Assembly (NCBI GenBank): GCA_965215015.1
Contig: OZ244042.1
Coordinates: 1,632,001-1,696,000, forward strand
Direction of reading: 5' to 3'
DNA: 64,000 nucleotides
From: Candidatus Poribacteria bacterium
GTDB taxonomy: Bacteria > Poribacteria > WGA-4E > PCPOR2b
This document shows, piece after piece, positions 21,028 to 31,353 of the stretch. The translations under genes and the position numbers were made by a program. The notes beneath the pieces are model-generated. The model ran no database searches and was not told the origin of the DNA. It saw nothing but the letters and a program-made list of their open reading frames with translations. Each line of letters starts with the position of its first letter. The first letter of the stretch is position 1.

Positions 21028-21870
21028 TTAGCCCCTCTGAAAAAGCTGCCAACTTCGCCCCGGTAAATCTGTGCGGAAATACTCGACATTGCCTCGGTCG
21101 GCGAGTGTAACATAACAGGTACGTCCATCGGGACCGCCGAAGGCGAGGTTGGTGCACTGCTTGCCAGCAAGTTCAACCTCTATCAGTACCTCACCTTGCG
21201 GAGAGATTTTAGCAATCGTGCCTTTGCCGTGGCGCGTCACATAGAGATTGCCTTCAATATCGCAGCGCATACCATCAAACCCAAAATCGGGAAACTGGAT
21301 CAGTAATCGTTTGTCCCTAACCTCTCCAGTAGCGGATAGATCGTACGCCCAGATGTTGCGTTGTACGCTTTCATTGACGTAAAGGGTGCGCTCATCGGGG
21401 CTGACTTCAATACCATTGGTCGTCCCCATATCCGCCTCAAGCAGCGTCACTATGCCATCTGTGTCAATACGCCAAATTTGCCCCGTTGATTCCGCCCAAT
21501 TCGGATCGCTGGCGTAGACCATATCGTTGGAGCCGATGGCGATATCGTTTGGTTGATTCATGGTTGGCTCATGGGCGTAAATGCTGATCTCCCGTGTCCC
21601 CATATTAACCTTGAGGATGTTGTGGTTGGTATGGTCGGCGATAAGCATGGAACCTGCGCTGTCGAAACGGATGCCATTTCCGATGCTGCCGTTGGGCAGT
21701 TCGACAAATACGCTACATTTTCCCACCGGGGTAACCTTCCCGATCGTATGCTGCCGTACATAGTTGACAGCGTAGAGATTGCCATCGGCGTCGCAAGCGG
21801 GCCCCTCGATGCCAGAGGTAAAACCATCCTGTTCTGTGAAAACATGACTCATAAAAAGTTCTTCGATCAT
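21028..21870 (-). CDS. SMP-30/gluconolactonase/LRE family protein
   Basis: IEGPA, PNDI, NGIEVSPD, DGMRCDIEGNLYV, TNLAFGGPD. Confidence 0.92.
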   Translation of the reverse strand: MIEELFMSHVFTEQDGFTSGIEGPACDADGNLYAVNYVRQHTIGKVTPVGKCSVFVELPNGSIGNGIRFDSAGSMLIADHTNHNILKVNMGTREISIYAHEPTMNQPNDIAIGSNDMVYASDPNWAESTGQIWRIDTDGIVTLLEADMGTTNGIEVSPDERTLYVNESVQRNIWAYDLSATGEVRDKRLLIQFPDFGFDGMRCDIEGNLYVTRHGKGTIAKISPQGEVLIEVELAGKQCTNLAFGGPDGRTCYVTLADRGNVEYFRTDLPGRSWQLFQRG

Positions 21871-21969
21871 TAGGACAAGCTCCCTTTCCTATGGAATAAT
21901 ATCGCTCTATTTTGGTTGAACCCTCCCGTTGAGTGAATGCAAAAATAGAGTTGCAAGACTCCCCGGCTT

Positions 21970-23271
21970 TTACCCACCAAGCGGCGGCATAAATTCAGCC
22001 TGTGCATCCAACAACCGATCAATCGTTGTGCGAATCTCTGACAAGGTTAATTGTGCGGCAGTATTTGGATCAACCAATCCCGCGTGATAGGCATATTCTC
22101 GGTTCTCCTCCAGGATAGCGCGCACCGTCAACCCTTGCATGTTGATATTAGTCTGGCAGAGTGCCGCGCATTGGGGTGGTAGCGCACCGACATAGCACGG
22201 CTGCAACCCAGCGCGAGTAACGAGTGTTGGCACTTCAACGCAACAGCCAACGGGGAGATTGGTGACGAGATCGGTGTTGAGCACGTTTCCGTAAATGCAG
22301 GCGGGGGTATCGGTTTCCATCGCGTGAATAATGATCGCTGCATATTCGTGGGAGCGACGCAGCTCAATCGGTGCCGATTCCGCTTCGCGCTTTGCCTGTG
22401 CTATTCGTTCCTCCCGGTCTGTATGTTGATTAACAAAGCTTTCGGCGGTACGATTTTCAAGATTTAATCGCGTCATTTCGTCGACGTGTTGCATGAAGTA
22501 AGGCACGTACTCTGCCATGTGGCGCGAAGACTCGGTCACAAATCGACCGAAATGCTTCAGGATTTCAAAGCGCACCGGATCGCGGGCGACGATTTCAGGG
22601 TCTTCAAGGCAAGTGTTCAGGCGCGGGTAGAGTGTTTCGCCATCTTGCGAAAGCTCCAAAAACCACGCCATGTGATTAATCCCCGCAACTCTATAGCGAA
22701 GATTCTCATAGTCCACGCCCATGTAGTCCGCCAGTTGCTTACTGGTACCCTGCACACTGTGGCATAGCCCCACGCCAGAGATACTCGTCGCCTCCAACAC
22801 AGCCCACATAATCATCGCCATCGGATTGGTGTAGTTGAGCATTGGGGCGTCCGGACAGAGCCGCTCCATATCACGAGCGATGTCAAGCATGGCAGGGATG
22901 GTGCGTAATCCTTTCATCAGTCCGCCGATGCCGACAGTGTCAGAGACAGTTTGCTGAAGTCCGCCGACATCAAGTGGAATTTGCACGTCCAACGCTTCTA
23001 GCCCCATCTTGGTGCCCACCCGAATAGAGGCGATGACATAATTGGCACCGTCCAACGCGGGCTTGCGGTCTGTTGACGCAGCAATCTGTGTGGGTAGATT
23101 CAGCTCACGAACGATACGTTGGGCATAGGTGTGGGTCAACGCCAACCGTTCACTATCGGGGTCTACAAGGTGGATGGTTGAATCTACCAGTTCTGGAAAT
23201 GAAAGGAGATCTCCAATCAGGCGTCTACCGAAGCCGAAACTCCCTGCACCGAGGAAAGCGATTTTAGCCAT
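21970..23271 (-). CDS. Glycoside hydrolase family 4 (alpha-galactosidase MelA-like)
   Basis: KIAFLGAGS, NYTNPM, GLCHSVQG, AGINHMAW, TESSRH. Confidence 0.92.
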   Translation of the reverse strand: MAKIAFLGAGSFGFGRRLIGDLLSFPELVDSTIHLVDPDSERLALTHTYAQRIVRELNLPTQIAASTDRKPALDGANYVIASIRVGTKMGLEALDVQIPLDVGGLQQTVSDTVGIGGLMKGLRTIPAMLDIARDMERLCPDAPMLNYTNPMAMIMWAVLEATSISGVGLCHSVQGTSKQLADYMGVDYENLRYRVAGINHMAWFLELSQDGETLYPRLNTCLEDPEIVARDPVRFEILKHFGRFVTESSRHMAEYVPYFMQHVDEMTRLNLENRTAESFVNQHTDREERIAQAKREAESAPIELRRSHEYAAIIIHAMETDTPACIYGNVLNTDLVTNLPVGCCVEVPTLVTRAGLQPCYVGALPPQCAALCQTNINMQGLTVRAILEENREYAYHAGLVDPNTAAQLTLSEIRTTIDRLLDAQAEFMPPLGG

Positions 23272-23424
23272 AACAAGCCCTACCTCCAATCGGATTTCAC
23301 TAAATGAATAGTATTGGCTTTATTCTATCACGATTTAGGGGTTAGATCAACAGGGAGATCTAATAATTTCAAGGCAATCGCATGTACATATGGTGTAGGA
23401 CTTTGGCATGGGACAATGGAAATC

Positions 23425-23458
23425 CACAGGTTTCCTAACCTGTGACCGCCCGCGGGTT
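23425..23458. repeat. REP-like palindromic repeat (related copy at 47501-47534)
   Basis: CACAGGTTTCCTAACCTGTGACCGCCCGCGGGTT versus CACAGGCTCCCTAACCTGTAATCGCCCGTAGGTT. Confidence 0.65.
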
Positions 23459-23708
23459 AAGGAAACCCCGCTATCATTATAGTCAGTCTCTGCGCCATGA
23501 CAGCGGTTACTCCCAGGTGCTGATTTCTCAACTACCTAATTTCTATAACAAATGTAATTCTCCTGCTAACAATTTTGGGTTGACTAGAAGGAAGCATTCT
23601 GGTAGAGTTTGTGAAGGAAGGTTGCATTATAACCGAAATGAAGGACTGCTATCCGCTAACTAATAAACCATTCCTATAATAATATCTTCGCGAAAGAGGG
23701 GGATTGAC

Positions 23709-24875
23709 ATGCCAAGAAACTGCTTTGGAGAAGAGGAACTGACCTATCTGCGAGAGGTCATCGCAAGTCAAGACGCATGGCGGTGGGGACGAAGCAATTT
23801 CGTTCCGAGATTTGAGGAGGCATTCGGGGCGCATCTCGGTCGGAAATATGTTCACGCCATAAACTCTGGAACCAGTGCCAATACAACGGCTTACGCTAGT
23901 TTGGGGTTGGACGCGGGTGATGAGATTATCTGCCCGGCTGTTGCACCAATTTTCGTGTCCTTCCCAGTCGTTGCGATTGGCTGCGTGCCTGTATTTGCTG
24001 ATGTAGATCCTAGGACACAGATTATTTCGGCTGAGGGGGTTGAAGCGCGTATCACGCCCCGGACACGCGCGGTGGTGGTCGTCCATCTGAACGGTCAACC
24101 GGCTATGATGAGCGAGATTGTGGATGTCGCAAGGAAGCATAACCTGAAAGTTGTGGAGGACTGCTCACAGTCCTACGATGCTTACTACAAGGGGCGAAAG
24201 GTCGGCACCATTGGTGATGTCGCTTGCTTCTCCATGCAGCAATCGAAGCATATCACCTCGGGCGAAGGGGGAATGATTGCCACGGACAATCCAGAACTCT
24301 ATAAACGTGCAACGGAGTTCTCAAACTCCGGGATGCCGTGGTATCTGTACGGCTTGGAGAGACCGGAGGCAAAACCTGTCAACGGTTTGCCAACGCGGGG
24401 GCATTTCTCGTTTGGCCACGATTTCCGCTTCAGCGAACTTCAGGGCGCGGTAGCATTCGCGCAGTTGGAAAAAATTGACCGGTTCAACGCCCGGCGGCGA
24501 GAGCTTGTCGAAAAGATCAGGACCAAACTGTGTAATGTTCCGGGGGTGAGGCTGGCGTACGTGTATCCAGAAACCCAGCCCAATTACTGGGTGTATCCGG
24601 TATGGGGACCCGAATCATTGGGGTGTAGGGGTGAAATTAACTACATCGAAGTGGAGTATCAGCGTATGCAAGCGATGCGGCAGACTTCTGTTGGCGTGCC
24701 GCTGCCTGACTACGTACAATATGTTCCCGGTTCATGTCCAAATGCGGAGAAATCAACCCGAGGCGCGTGGAGCTTTTTTGTCCACCATAGCGTCGAAGAC
24801 GACGAACTGGAAAAGTCAATCCGTGAATTCAAGGAAAAAGTCAAGAAGACATCGCCGGGCGGTGTATTGGACTGA
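23709..24875 (+). CDS. DegT/DnrJ/EryC1/StrS PLP-dependent aminotransferase
   Basis: NSGTSA, VEDCSQS, FSMQQSKHITSGEGG. Confidence 0.92.
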   Translation: MPRNCFGEEELTYLREVIASQDAWRWGRSNFVPRFEEAFGAHLGRKYVHAINSGTSANTTAYASLGLDAGDEIICPAVAPIFVSFPVVAIGCVPVFADVDPRTQIISAEGVEARITPRTRAVVVVHLNGQPAMMSEIVDVARKHNLKVVEDCSQSYDAYYKGRKVGTIGDVACFSMQQSKHITSGEGGMIATDNPELYKRATEFSNSGMPWYLYGLERPEAKPVNGLPTRGHFSFGHDFRFSELQGAVAFAQLEKIDRFNARRRELVEKIRTKLCNVPGVRLAYVYPETQPNYWVYPVWGPESLGCRGEINYIEVEYQRMQAMRQTSVGVPLPDYVQYVPGSCPNAEKSTRGAWSFFVHHSVEDDELEKSIREFKEKVKKTSPGGVLD

Positions 24876-25013
24876 AGAATTTATAAAGCGCGAAGGTAAG
24901 CGTCAAAAATTATGTTGGGATTTTTTTCCAATCCACCGATCGAATAAAGTGTGGCGACTCGGTTAGAATAGTGATTCAGAACTTCCCTCAAGGCACATTA
25001 AGAGGATATCAAA

Positions 25014-26036
25014 ATGTCAACGCTCGGATTGGGTATCATCGGGTTAGGAGTCGGCAAGGGTGCCCTACTTTTGAATCAGAAATCTGATAGCCCAATAAAG
25101 GTGTGCGCGCTAGCGGACAAAAATCCAGCACTTCTAAAACTTGCACATGAGGATTATGGGATCGGATTTGTCACCGAGGACTATCACGAGCTGCTGTCGC
25201 GGTCTGAGGTCGATGTTGTCGGCGTTTTCACCCCCGACCACTTGCACGCCGAACACGCGGCAGCGGCACTGAAGGCCGGGAAACATGTCATATGCACCAA
25301 ACCGATGGTGACTACCATGGCGGATTGTGAGCGATTGGTCCATCTGGTGGATCGAACAGGGCTTAAATTCGTTGCGGCGATGACTTGGCGCCACCTCCCG
25401 AAGATTGTGGCGGCACGTCGCGCCTTTGATGAAGGCAATCTAGGCAAGGTAACGCTAATCGATACCGGTTATGTCCATGATATCCGCAGAGTCTGTCGAA
25501 TCACGCCGTGGCGGGTGACGGCACCGCAGGATTTTCTCTTTGGCGGAGGTGCTCACGCCATAGACTGCGTGCGGTGGTTTGCTGGAGATATTGACACTGT
25601 CCATGCGTTCGCCTTGAACAGTGGTGTTATCCCAGGCTATCCTATAGAAGATACGTGGATTCTCAATCTTAAGTTCGCCAGGGGTGCGCTTGGACGCGTC
25701 TGTGTGATATGCAGCGCGGTCAACTCACCGCCGGAGGCACATCAACGACTGGTGATCTACGGCACAAAAGGTACCTTAACCGGTTTAGATCTCGGTATAG
25801 ACGGAGTGTTTGAGCGTGAGACCTTGAATGCCGACCCACCAGCTAACAAGGAACGTCTCATCGAAGGGCATGCAAATGAACTGCTGCTGTACTTCCATAA
25901 GATGGCACACTGGATTGTAGAAGACAAAGAACCCACGCCTTCTGTCCGAGACGGGGCGCGGGTTGTCGCGGTTGCCTTGGCAGCCCAAGAATCCCTTTCG
26001 ACTGGGCAAACTGTGAAAGTACGCAACGATTTCTGA
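25014..26036 (+). CDS. Gfo/Idh/MocA family oxidoreductase
   Basis: GIIGLGVG, TPDHLH, GKHVICTKPM, HAID. Confidence 0.92.
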   Translation: MSTLGLGIIGLGVGKGALLLNQKSDSPIKVCALADKNPALLKLAHEDYGIGFVTEDYHELLSRSEVDVVGVFTPDHLHAEHAAAALKAGKHVICTKPMVTTMADCERLVHLVDRTGLKFVAAMTWRHLPKIVAARRAFDEGNLGKVTLIDTGYVHDIRRVCRITPWRVTAPQDFLFGGGAHAIDCVRWFAGDIDTVHAFALNSGVIPGYPIEDTWILNLKFARGALGRVCVICSAVNSPPEAHQRLVIYGTKGTLTGLDLGIDGVFERETLNADPPANKERLIEGHANELLLYFHKMAHWIVEDKEPTPSVRDGARVVAVALAAQESLSTGQTVKVRNDF

Positions 26037-26109
26037 CAGCGGTCTACAACTATATCAGTGAGCCCCAATTGCCCCCTATTCACTCGTCATACATCACGTT
26101 TTAGGGTTC

Positions 26110-26631
26110 CTACCCATCATGCGAATTTTCACTAGCGGGGTCCGATCCAATCTGGCTCGGTGAAGCGGGCTCTGATTCCTGTTTGACGAGTGTCGCCCGA
26201 CCCGCAAGCACTAGCGCGCACCAGCCAACCAGTCCAACAGCGGCACCGGCAGCGATTGCAAGCCCCGCCGCTTTGCCTGTCTCAATTTTCTTGAAGGTTT
26301 CCTCATCAAACTCACAGGAGATGCTTCTCGGATTTCGCAATGCAAAACCGCGGTTGTCCCCCTTATGCCAGTATTCGACTGTTGGTGCGGTATCGCCTTC
26401 CGTTTTGATGTTACCTTTCAAGGATGGCGCGTTTACTTTTAAGGTGCTTTCGCCACGTTCACCCTCCCACACGGCTTTGACGCCTACCGTCCTTTCGTCG
26501 TCTTCAAGCGGTTCGAGGTTCACCCGTGTCACTAGATGGTCGGCGATTGCGAGAAAAGCTCTTTTGAATTTTGATGCTGATACCACCCAATTTTCTAAAA
26601 TCATGATATACCCTCCGATAGTGTTACTCAT
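26110..26631 (-). CDS. Hypothetical protein with C-terminal transmembrane helix
   Basis: 173-aa ORF (alternative ATG 26604 with GGAGG RBS); hydrophobic AAGLAIAAGAAVGLVGWCALVLA. Confidence 0.6.
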   Translation of the reverse strand: MSNTIGGYIMILENWVVSASKFKRAFLAIADHLVTRVNLEPLEDDERTVGVKAVWEGERGESTLKVNAPSLKGNIKTEGDTAPTVEYWHKGDNRGFALRNPRSISCEFDEETFKKIETGKAAGLAIAAGAAVGLVGWCALVLAGRATLVKQESEPASPSQIGSDPASENSHDG

Positions 26632-26684
26632 TGCCTTTCATTTGTTTTCCCAGCCATTGTGTAAGTCTTTAGCCTGTAGCAATC

Positions 26685-27092
26685 TTAACCGGCGATCAGT
26701 TCCTGCTTGTAGGCGTCCACGATGGCATCGAAAATTCGGTCGGGGATAAACTCTAGCTGCGAATCCAACTCCGATTCGACATTGACCATCATACTGTGAT
26801 CGAATGTTTCTCGCTCCGCACAGGGGTCAAAGGACTCGCCATGTGTCTCAAGCATTTCGGAAAGCCTCGCTGGTGTCAAGCCTTCGGAAAGCCCGTGAAG
26901 GCCGTAAGCCGTCCCCCAGTAGCCTTTGTCATAGTCTGTGCTGAGATGCTTTCGCAAGATCTCCTCGCGTGCTACCCCCTGTGCCCCACTGTTTTCGATC
27001 TCTCTCATCGCCTCAATGGCGCGCGGATCGAGCTCAATCTGGAACGCCGTTGAGGCATCATCAGCAGCAGCGGGGTAGATTTTGTATGGCAT
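26685..27092 (-). CDS. Hypothetical acidic protein
   Basis: 135-aa ORF, purine-rich RBS, protein-like composition; no family recognised. Confidence 0.6.
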   Translation of the reverse strand: MPYKIYPAAADDASTAFQIELDPRAIEAMREIENSGAQGVAREEILRKHLSTDYDKGYWGTAYGLHGLSEGLTPARLSEMLETHGESFDPCAERETFDHSMMVNVESELDSQLEFIPDRIFDAIVDAYKQELIAG

Positions 27093-27790
27093 TTGCTCTT
27101 CCCTTTCGTAATAGTTCTCAGTAGTCTTCGGTATAGCTTTTGCCTAGAATTTCAGTCTCTGACCGTGGCCATCAGCTCTAGCTGTTTCTTTCAGCGAGAA
27201 ATAAACCTGTCCCTGCCCTGGGACGCTAGATTACGAGATTGAAATACGATTGGTTGGGTTGATACGCCTTCACATCAAAAGAAAGAGGTGTCATCATCGT
27301 CGGCCTCTGCTTATCGAAAAAACGCATTCGGGCGCGTTGCTAAACAATCTTGTGGCTTTTGAACCCCCGTCAATCCTCCAAGGTGATGGGATTTTTTTTG
27401 TTCTTATCCTTATTTTATTTCATGTGTGCTGTGTTTTCAAGTCTTTTTTCACTGAAAAAAGACTTAACGCCGTTTCCAAAATGTGGGAGAATAATAGCTC
27501 TTTGGCAAATCGCCAAATGTAATAGCTGACAATAACCAATCCATCTACCTGAATCCAATACCGATCCGGATCTCGAACTGCTAACGGCTGATTAGGCGGA
27601 GTCCCAAGCCGGTATGACACTGAATTTAGAGGACCCCTCCTACGGTTGAGGACGAGGCCTCGGCACAACGGTTATCAGCCGCATGGAGAAAGGATGTACC
27701 CACCGAGAAGTTTATTGTGAAAGTCAGAATCTATGATTCCGGTGCTTATGGCAGCCTAACGGCCAATTAGTTAAGGGATGCTTGTAAAGG

Positions 27791-27840
27791 AGTAGGCATG
27801 ATCCGTCGTGCCGTAAACCCCACAACCGTTATGGCATATG
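27791..27840. repeat. GTAG-type REP-like element (inverted copy at 38395-38444)
   Basis: 43/50 identity between 27791-27840 and the reverse complement of 38395-38444. Confidence 0.8.
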
Positions 27841-27847
27841 CAGGGAT

Positions 27848-28075
27848 TTGGAGCGTTCTATAGAAGAGCGTCCGGATCGGACGGAGAGTTATCTAAAGTT
27901 GGCGCGGGGTTACGAAGAGTCCGGCAAAGCTGAAAAAGCCGCTGAAGTTTATCGTTGGGCGAGGGAACGTTTCCTTGACGATGAAGATGTTCGGCAGGAA
28001 TCGGAGTCGTATCGGGAACGGCACGAGCGTTCGACAGAACGTGATGAATATGAAGCCGGAAAAGGAGATCGCTAA
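27848..28075 (+). pseudogene. TPR-like C-terminal gene fragment
   Basis: ESYLKLARGYEESGKAEKAAEVY TPR-like helix pair; starts right after a REP element with no clear start. Confidence 0.5.
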
Positions 28076-28276
28076 AACGTACACAAAATATCAGAAATGC
28101 CCGATTCGCACCGATTATTGTCTATCACCCCGCCGCGTCCGTGCTCTCAGGGTTTGAGGCAATCTCACAATCTTTGGAGGGCCCTTTTCTTCGTAGAGAA
28201 TGGAGATCCCCATTCTCTACTCAAGGTCTTCTGCCTCAAGAGGGCCAATGTGAAGTGCCCCCATTTGTATAATAAC

Positions 28277-28471
28277 TCACTCCAAACGTTCAAATCTCCG
28301 AGCCTTTGCCCTTTTCCTTTTTGCTTCTTTTTGTTTTCGATTCCTTTTTTCGGAAGGTTTTTCATAAAAACGTCTGTTCCTGATTTCTCTGATAAAACCG
28401 TCCCTCTGGAGTTTTCGTTTCAGGTCCCTAAGTGCTTTTTCGACGTTATTATTGTAAACTTTTATCTCCAC
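28277..28471 (-). CDS. rpsU: 30S ribosomal protein S21
   Basis: GTG start with GAGGAGG RBS; [11 protein letters not shown]...[11 protein letters not shown]. Confidence 0.95.
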   Translation of the reverse strand: MEIKVYNNNVEKALRDLKRKLQRDGFIREIRNRRFYEKPSEKRNRKQKEAKRKRAKARRFERLE

Positions 28472-28559
28472 ATTTCCCTCCTCTTCTCGACTCTCAAAAT
28501 TGGTATGCAGTTCTTGACGAGATTGACAAAGATTGAAACCTAGTATCACGTCTTACACT

Positions 28560-29546
28560 TCACGATAACCGTTGACGCGCTAAAACGGATGCTCCAATAA
28601 CACCCGCGTTATCGCCAAGGGTTGCCTCCACAATCTGAACACCATTCATGGTTGTGGGCAGAGCATATTTCGCTGCCGCTTGACGAATCGGATGTAACAA
28701 GCTCTCTCCCATCGCTTCGATAACGCCTCCGCCGAGCACAATCATTTCAGGATTTAAAAAATGGACAATCGAAGCGACACTAATTCCTAGATATTTCCCA
28801 GCGCGTTGCATCACCTTAATCGTCGGTTTGTCACCGCGCTTGACAGCTTTAGCGATGGTTTGACTCCGAATCAGATCGAGCCTGCCCCCATTTAGCTTGG
28901 TGAGCTTGCTTTTTTGACCTTTTTTTAGGATGGCTTTCTGAAGTTCTCTAGTAATTGCGGTACGGCTAGCAACAGCTTCTAGGCATCCGAAGTTGCCACA
29001 ACTACACCGGGGGCCGTTCGCTTTCACAATCATGTGACCGACTTCCCCAGCGGTTTTGTTGACACCATGATAGAGCTTCCCATCTAAGATAATGCCACCA
29101 CCGATTCCCGTGCCAACGAAAATCCCGACGAGGTTTTTTACCCCTTGTCCGGCACCGAAGGCATATTCACCGAGTGTTCCTACATTGACATCGTTATCAA
29201 CGAAAGTAGGGATGCTAAGGTTTACTTCTAGTTTCGCCTTGAGCGGCACGTTTGACCAACCGAGGTTAGGAGCAAAGATAATAACGCCAGTCTCCGGATC
29301 GAGTGGACCCGGCGACCCGATACCGATTGCGCGGATCTGAGAAGGTTGAAGTCCTGCATGGTCAATTGCTTCTCGGATACATTGCGTAATCCGTTTAATC
29401 ACTGCATCAGGCCCTTTCTTTGGCTTTGTCGCTGTTTTGGCTTGCTGAACAATTTCCCCTTCGGCATTAATAACAGCAGCCAAAATCTTCGTACCTCCCA
29501 TATCTACCCCAACGACATGATCGTCATTCACCGCCATTGTCTGCAT
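28560..29546 (-). CDS. ROK family sugar kinase (glucokinase-like)
   Basis: GVDMGGTK, DNDVN, GTGIGGG, GEVGHM, CSCGNFGCLE. Confidence 0.93.
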   Translation of the reverse strand: MQTMAVNDDHVVGVDMGGTKILAAVINAEGEIVQQAKTATKPKKGPDAVIKRITQCIREAIDHAGLQPSQIRAIGIGSPGPLDPETGVIIFAPNLGWSNVPLKAKLEVNLSIPTFVDNDVNVGTLGEYAFGAGQGVKNLVGIFVGTGIGGGIILDGKLYHGVNKTAGEVGHMIVKANGPRCSCGNFGCLEAVASRTAITRELQKAILKKGQKSKLTKLNGGRLDLIRSQTIAKAVKRGDKPTIKVMQRAGKYLGISVASIVHFLNPEMIVLGGGVIEAMGESLLHPIRQAAAKYALPTTMNGVQIVEATLGDNAGVIGASVLARQRLS

Positions 29547-29622
29547 CTCCTTTATACACTGAACTGAGGGGTTGGCTTCTTAAATTCAACTACGGACCGA
29601 CGTAGGTGGCCACCTAGACTTC

Positions 29623-30123
29623 CTAGGAGGAGGCTGCCCCTGATTCATCTGTAACGATTCTAAGGAGTTCGTCCTTGAAATCTGCCTCCTCAAGCGCATC
29701 CCACCGCTCCAAAAACGCCTGATACTTTGCTGCCCGCATTTCACGGTAGCGGAGCAGGAGAGCATTAATGCCAATCGCATCGATCTCTGTATCCCCTTGG
29801 TCGGGAAGGGCTTGCAGATAATCCGTCAGAATCATCTTAACGACATCGCAATCGTGAATATCCCCCAGCTGTTCCTGCAAGTCTGTTAATATCTTCAGGA
29901 AATTCTTGAATTCCTCACCATAGTTGATGGTGAAGTCTTCCATTGAATAGCGCAGCCGCTTAACTGATATTCTCAGGTTATGGAGTTCTTTGATATTATC
30001 TGGGTTGTGAATGAATTCCGCCCACGAGCATACTTCCTCAACCTTTACGGCAAGAATAACCTGTGCATTCCAGCGATAGCTCGACTGTGGTTGAATCCCC
30101 TTCACTTTCCACGCTTTTGCCAT
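29623..30123 (-). CDS. Half-length CHAD domain protein (C-terminal-half type)
   Basis: LHNLRISVKRLRY and LQEQLGDIHDCDV. Confidence 0.88.
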   Translation of the reverse strand: MAKAWKVKGIQPQSSYRWNAQVILAVKVEEVCSWAEFIHNPDNIKELHNLRISVKRLRYSMEDFTINYGEEFKNFLKILTDLQEQLGDIHDCDVVKMILTDYLQALPDQGDTEIDAIGINALLLRYREMRAAKYQAFLERWDALEEADFKDELLRIVTDESGAASS

Positions 30124-30125
30124 AT

Positions 30126-30596
30126 CTATACCTTAAAGAATTTCAAGAACTTCTGCTCGAAATTACTCCTGTCCAGTTCTTCAAACATCCTAAACATCGG
30201 CCCCCGCCGTGCTTTCCGTTCTCGTTGGAGATGTCTTATCAAGTTTTGAATACCAGTCTGTGTGTCTTCTGGCACCGTTTGCGCGTCTTTTTGAAAGCAA
30301 TCAATTAACACATCTAAATCGCGCACGTCTCCCAGCGTACGTGTAATCCGCTCGACCCGTTTGAGGTGCCTGCGGAACTTCTTTTTTGGGGTAAAGCAAT
30401 CGGCAAAATTTCGCATCGCAGCGCGTAGCCGTCGGGAGGCGACCCGCATGTCATGAACGTACTCGATATCCCTCCCATCAATCGCTCCCGCTTTGAAAGA
30501 CATCATCTCATGGAGCCGGGTCGTGATAATCCTTCGAGCGCACTCCTCAAGGCTTTTCTCCGGCGTGATACCTTTGACGTTCCGTGCTTTTGCCAT
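30126..30596 (-). CDS. Half-length CHAD domain protein (N-terminal-half type)
   Basis: VHDMRVASRRLRA and LGDVRDLDV. Confidence 0.88.
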   Translation of the reverse strand: MAKARNVKGITPEKSLEECARRIITTRLHEMMSFKAGAIDGRDIEYVHDMRVASRRLRAAMRNFADCFTPKKKFRRHLKRVERITRTLGDVRDLDVLIDCFQKDAQTVPEDTQTGIQNLIRHLQRERKARRGPMFRMFEELDRSNFEQKFLKFFKV

Positions 30597-30617
30597 ATCG
30601 GCGATAATCTCCCTTTT

Positions 30618-31286
30618 CTAATTCTTCGCCTTGACACCGAACACATTCAGGAGTGTTACGCCTCTCTCATATTTCGATTGGAAGGTCGGGATCAGATCGT
30701 ATTGTTGAGATAACGTGTCAGCAATCTGTTGAAGGAACTCAGGTTCACCAGTTTTAAGTTCTAACTCGACACCATACTCCTGAACGGATTGTGTTCTATT
30801 CCTAGCCGCATACCGTACCTCATCAAGACAAACTTCAACATAGCCCGCATCAGAATTTAAGTGCCACGTTTCACGAAGGTTTTCAACGTACAGGACAGGA
30901 AATACCTTCTCTCCCTTTAGATAATTCACAGCCGCTTCGATAGCCTTAACCTGAACCTTCTCAAGATTTCCGCTTAAGAGTGCTTGCACCTGTTGGTCAG
31001 TAATCGGCATTTCGATCTCTGTATACGTATAAAGCTCTTCGGTTTGGGCTTTGAATGTAACAAATTGTGTTCCTTCCCCGATAACTCCGGAGGCGAAAAG
31101 CTTCTTCCTGATTCGCAAAGCAGCACCATTTTGTGTAAGCAGACCGGTCGCTGTATCAAGATAGGTATCTTGTTGTGGGGTGTTCCTCCGATCCGAAAGT
31201 GTATACCCCGCCACCTGTTTCCGTAATCGAACCTGATCGAGTACCTGTAGCGATGTTGCCTGAAATTTCGCTTCAACTTCAACCAT
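30618..31286 (-). CDS. CYTH (triphosphate tunnel metalloenzyme) domain protein
   Basis: EVEAKF, DTYLDT, ALRIR, VELELK, SKYERG. Confidence 0.9.
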   Translation of the reverse strand: MVEVEAKFQATSLQVLDQVRLRKQVAGYTLSDRRNTPQQDTYLDTATGLLTQNGAALRIRKKLFASGVIGEGTQFVTFKAQTEELYTYTEIEMPITDQQVQALLSGNLEKVQVKAIEAAVNYLKGEKVFPVLYVENLRETWHLNSDAGYVEVCLDEVRYAARNRTQSVQEYGVELELKTGEPEFLQQIADTLSQQYDLIPTFQSKYERGVTLLNVFGVKAKN

Positions 31287-31353
31287 TATCTAGTTACACC
31301 AAAAATTATTGCGGATACTCTTCCAACGGCTAAATTTGAGACATATTAATGAA

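Noticed and set aside
27540-27770. Possible structured RNA (CGGCTGAT/ATCAGCCG long-range stem)
   Set aside because: No known RNA motif is recognisable and the region also reads as a decayed coding sequence; the support is too weak.
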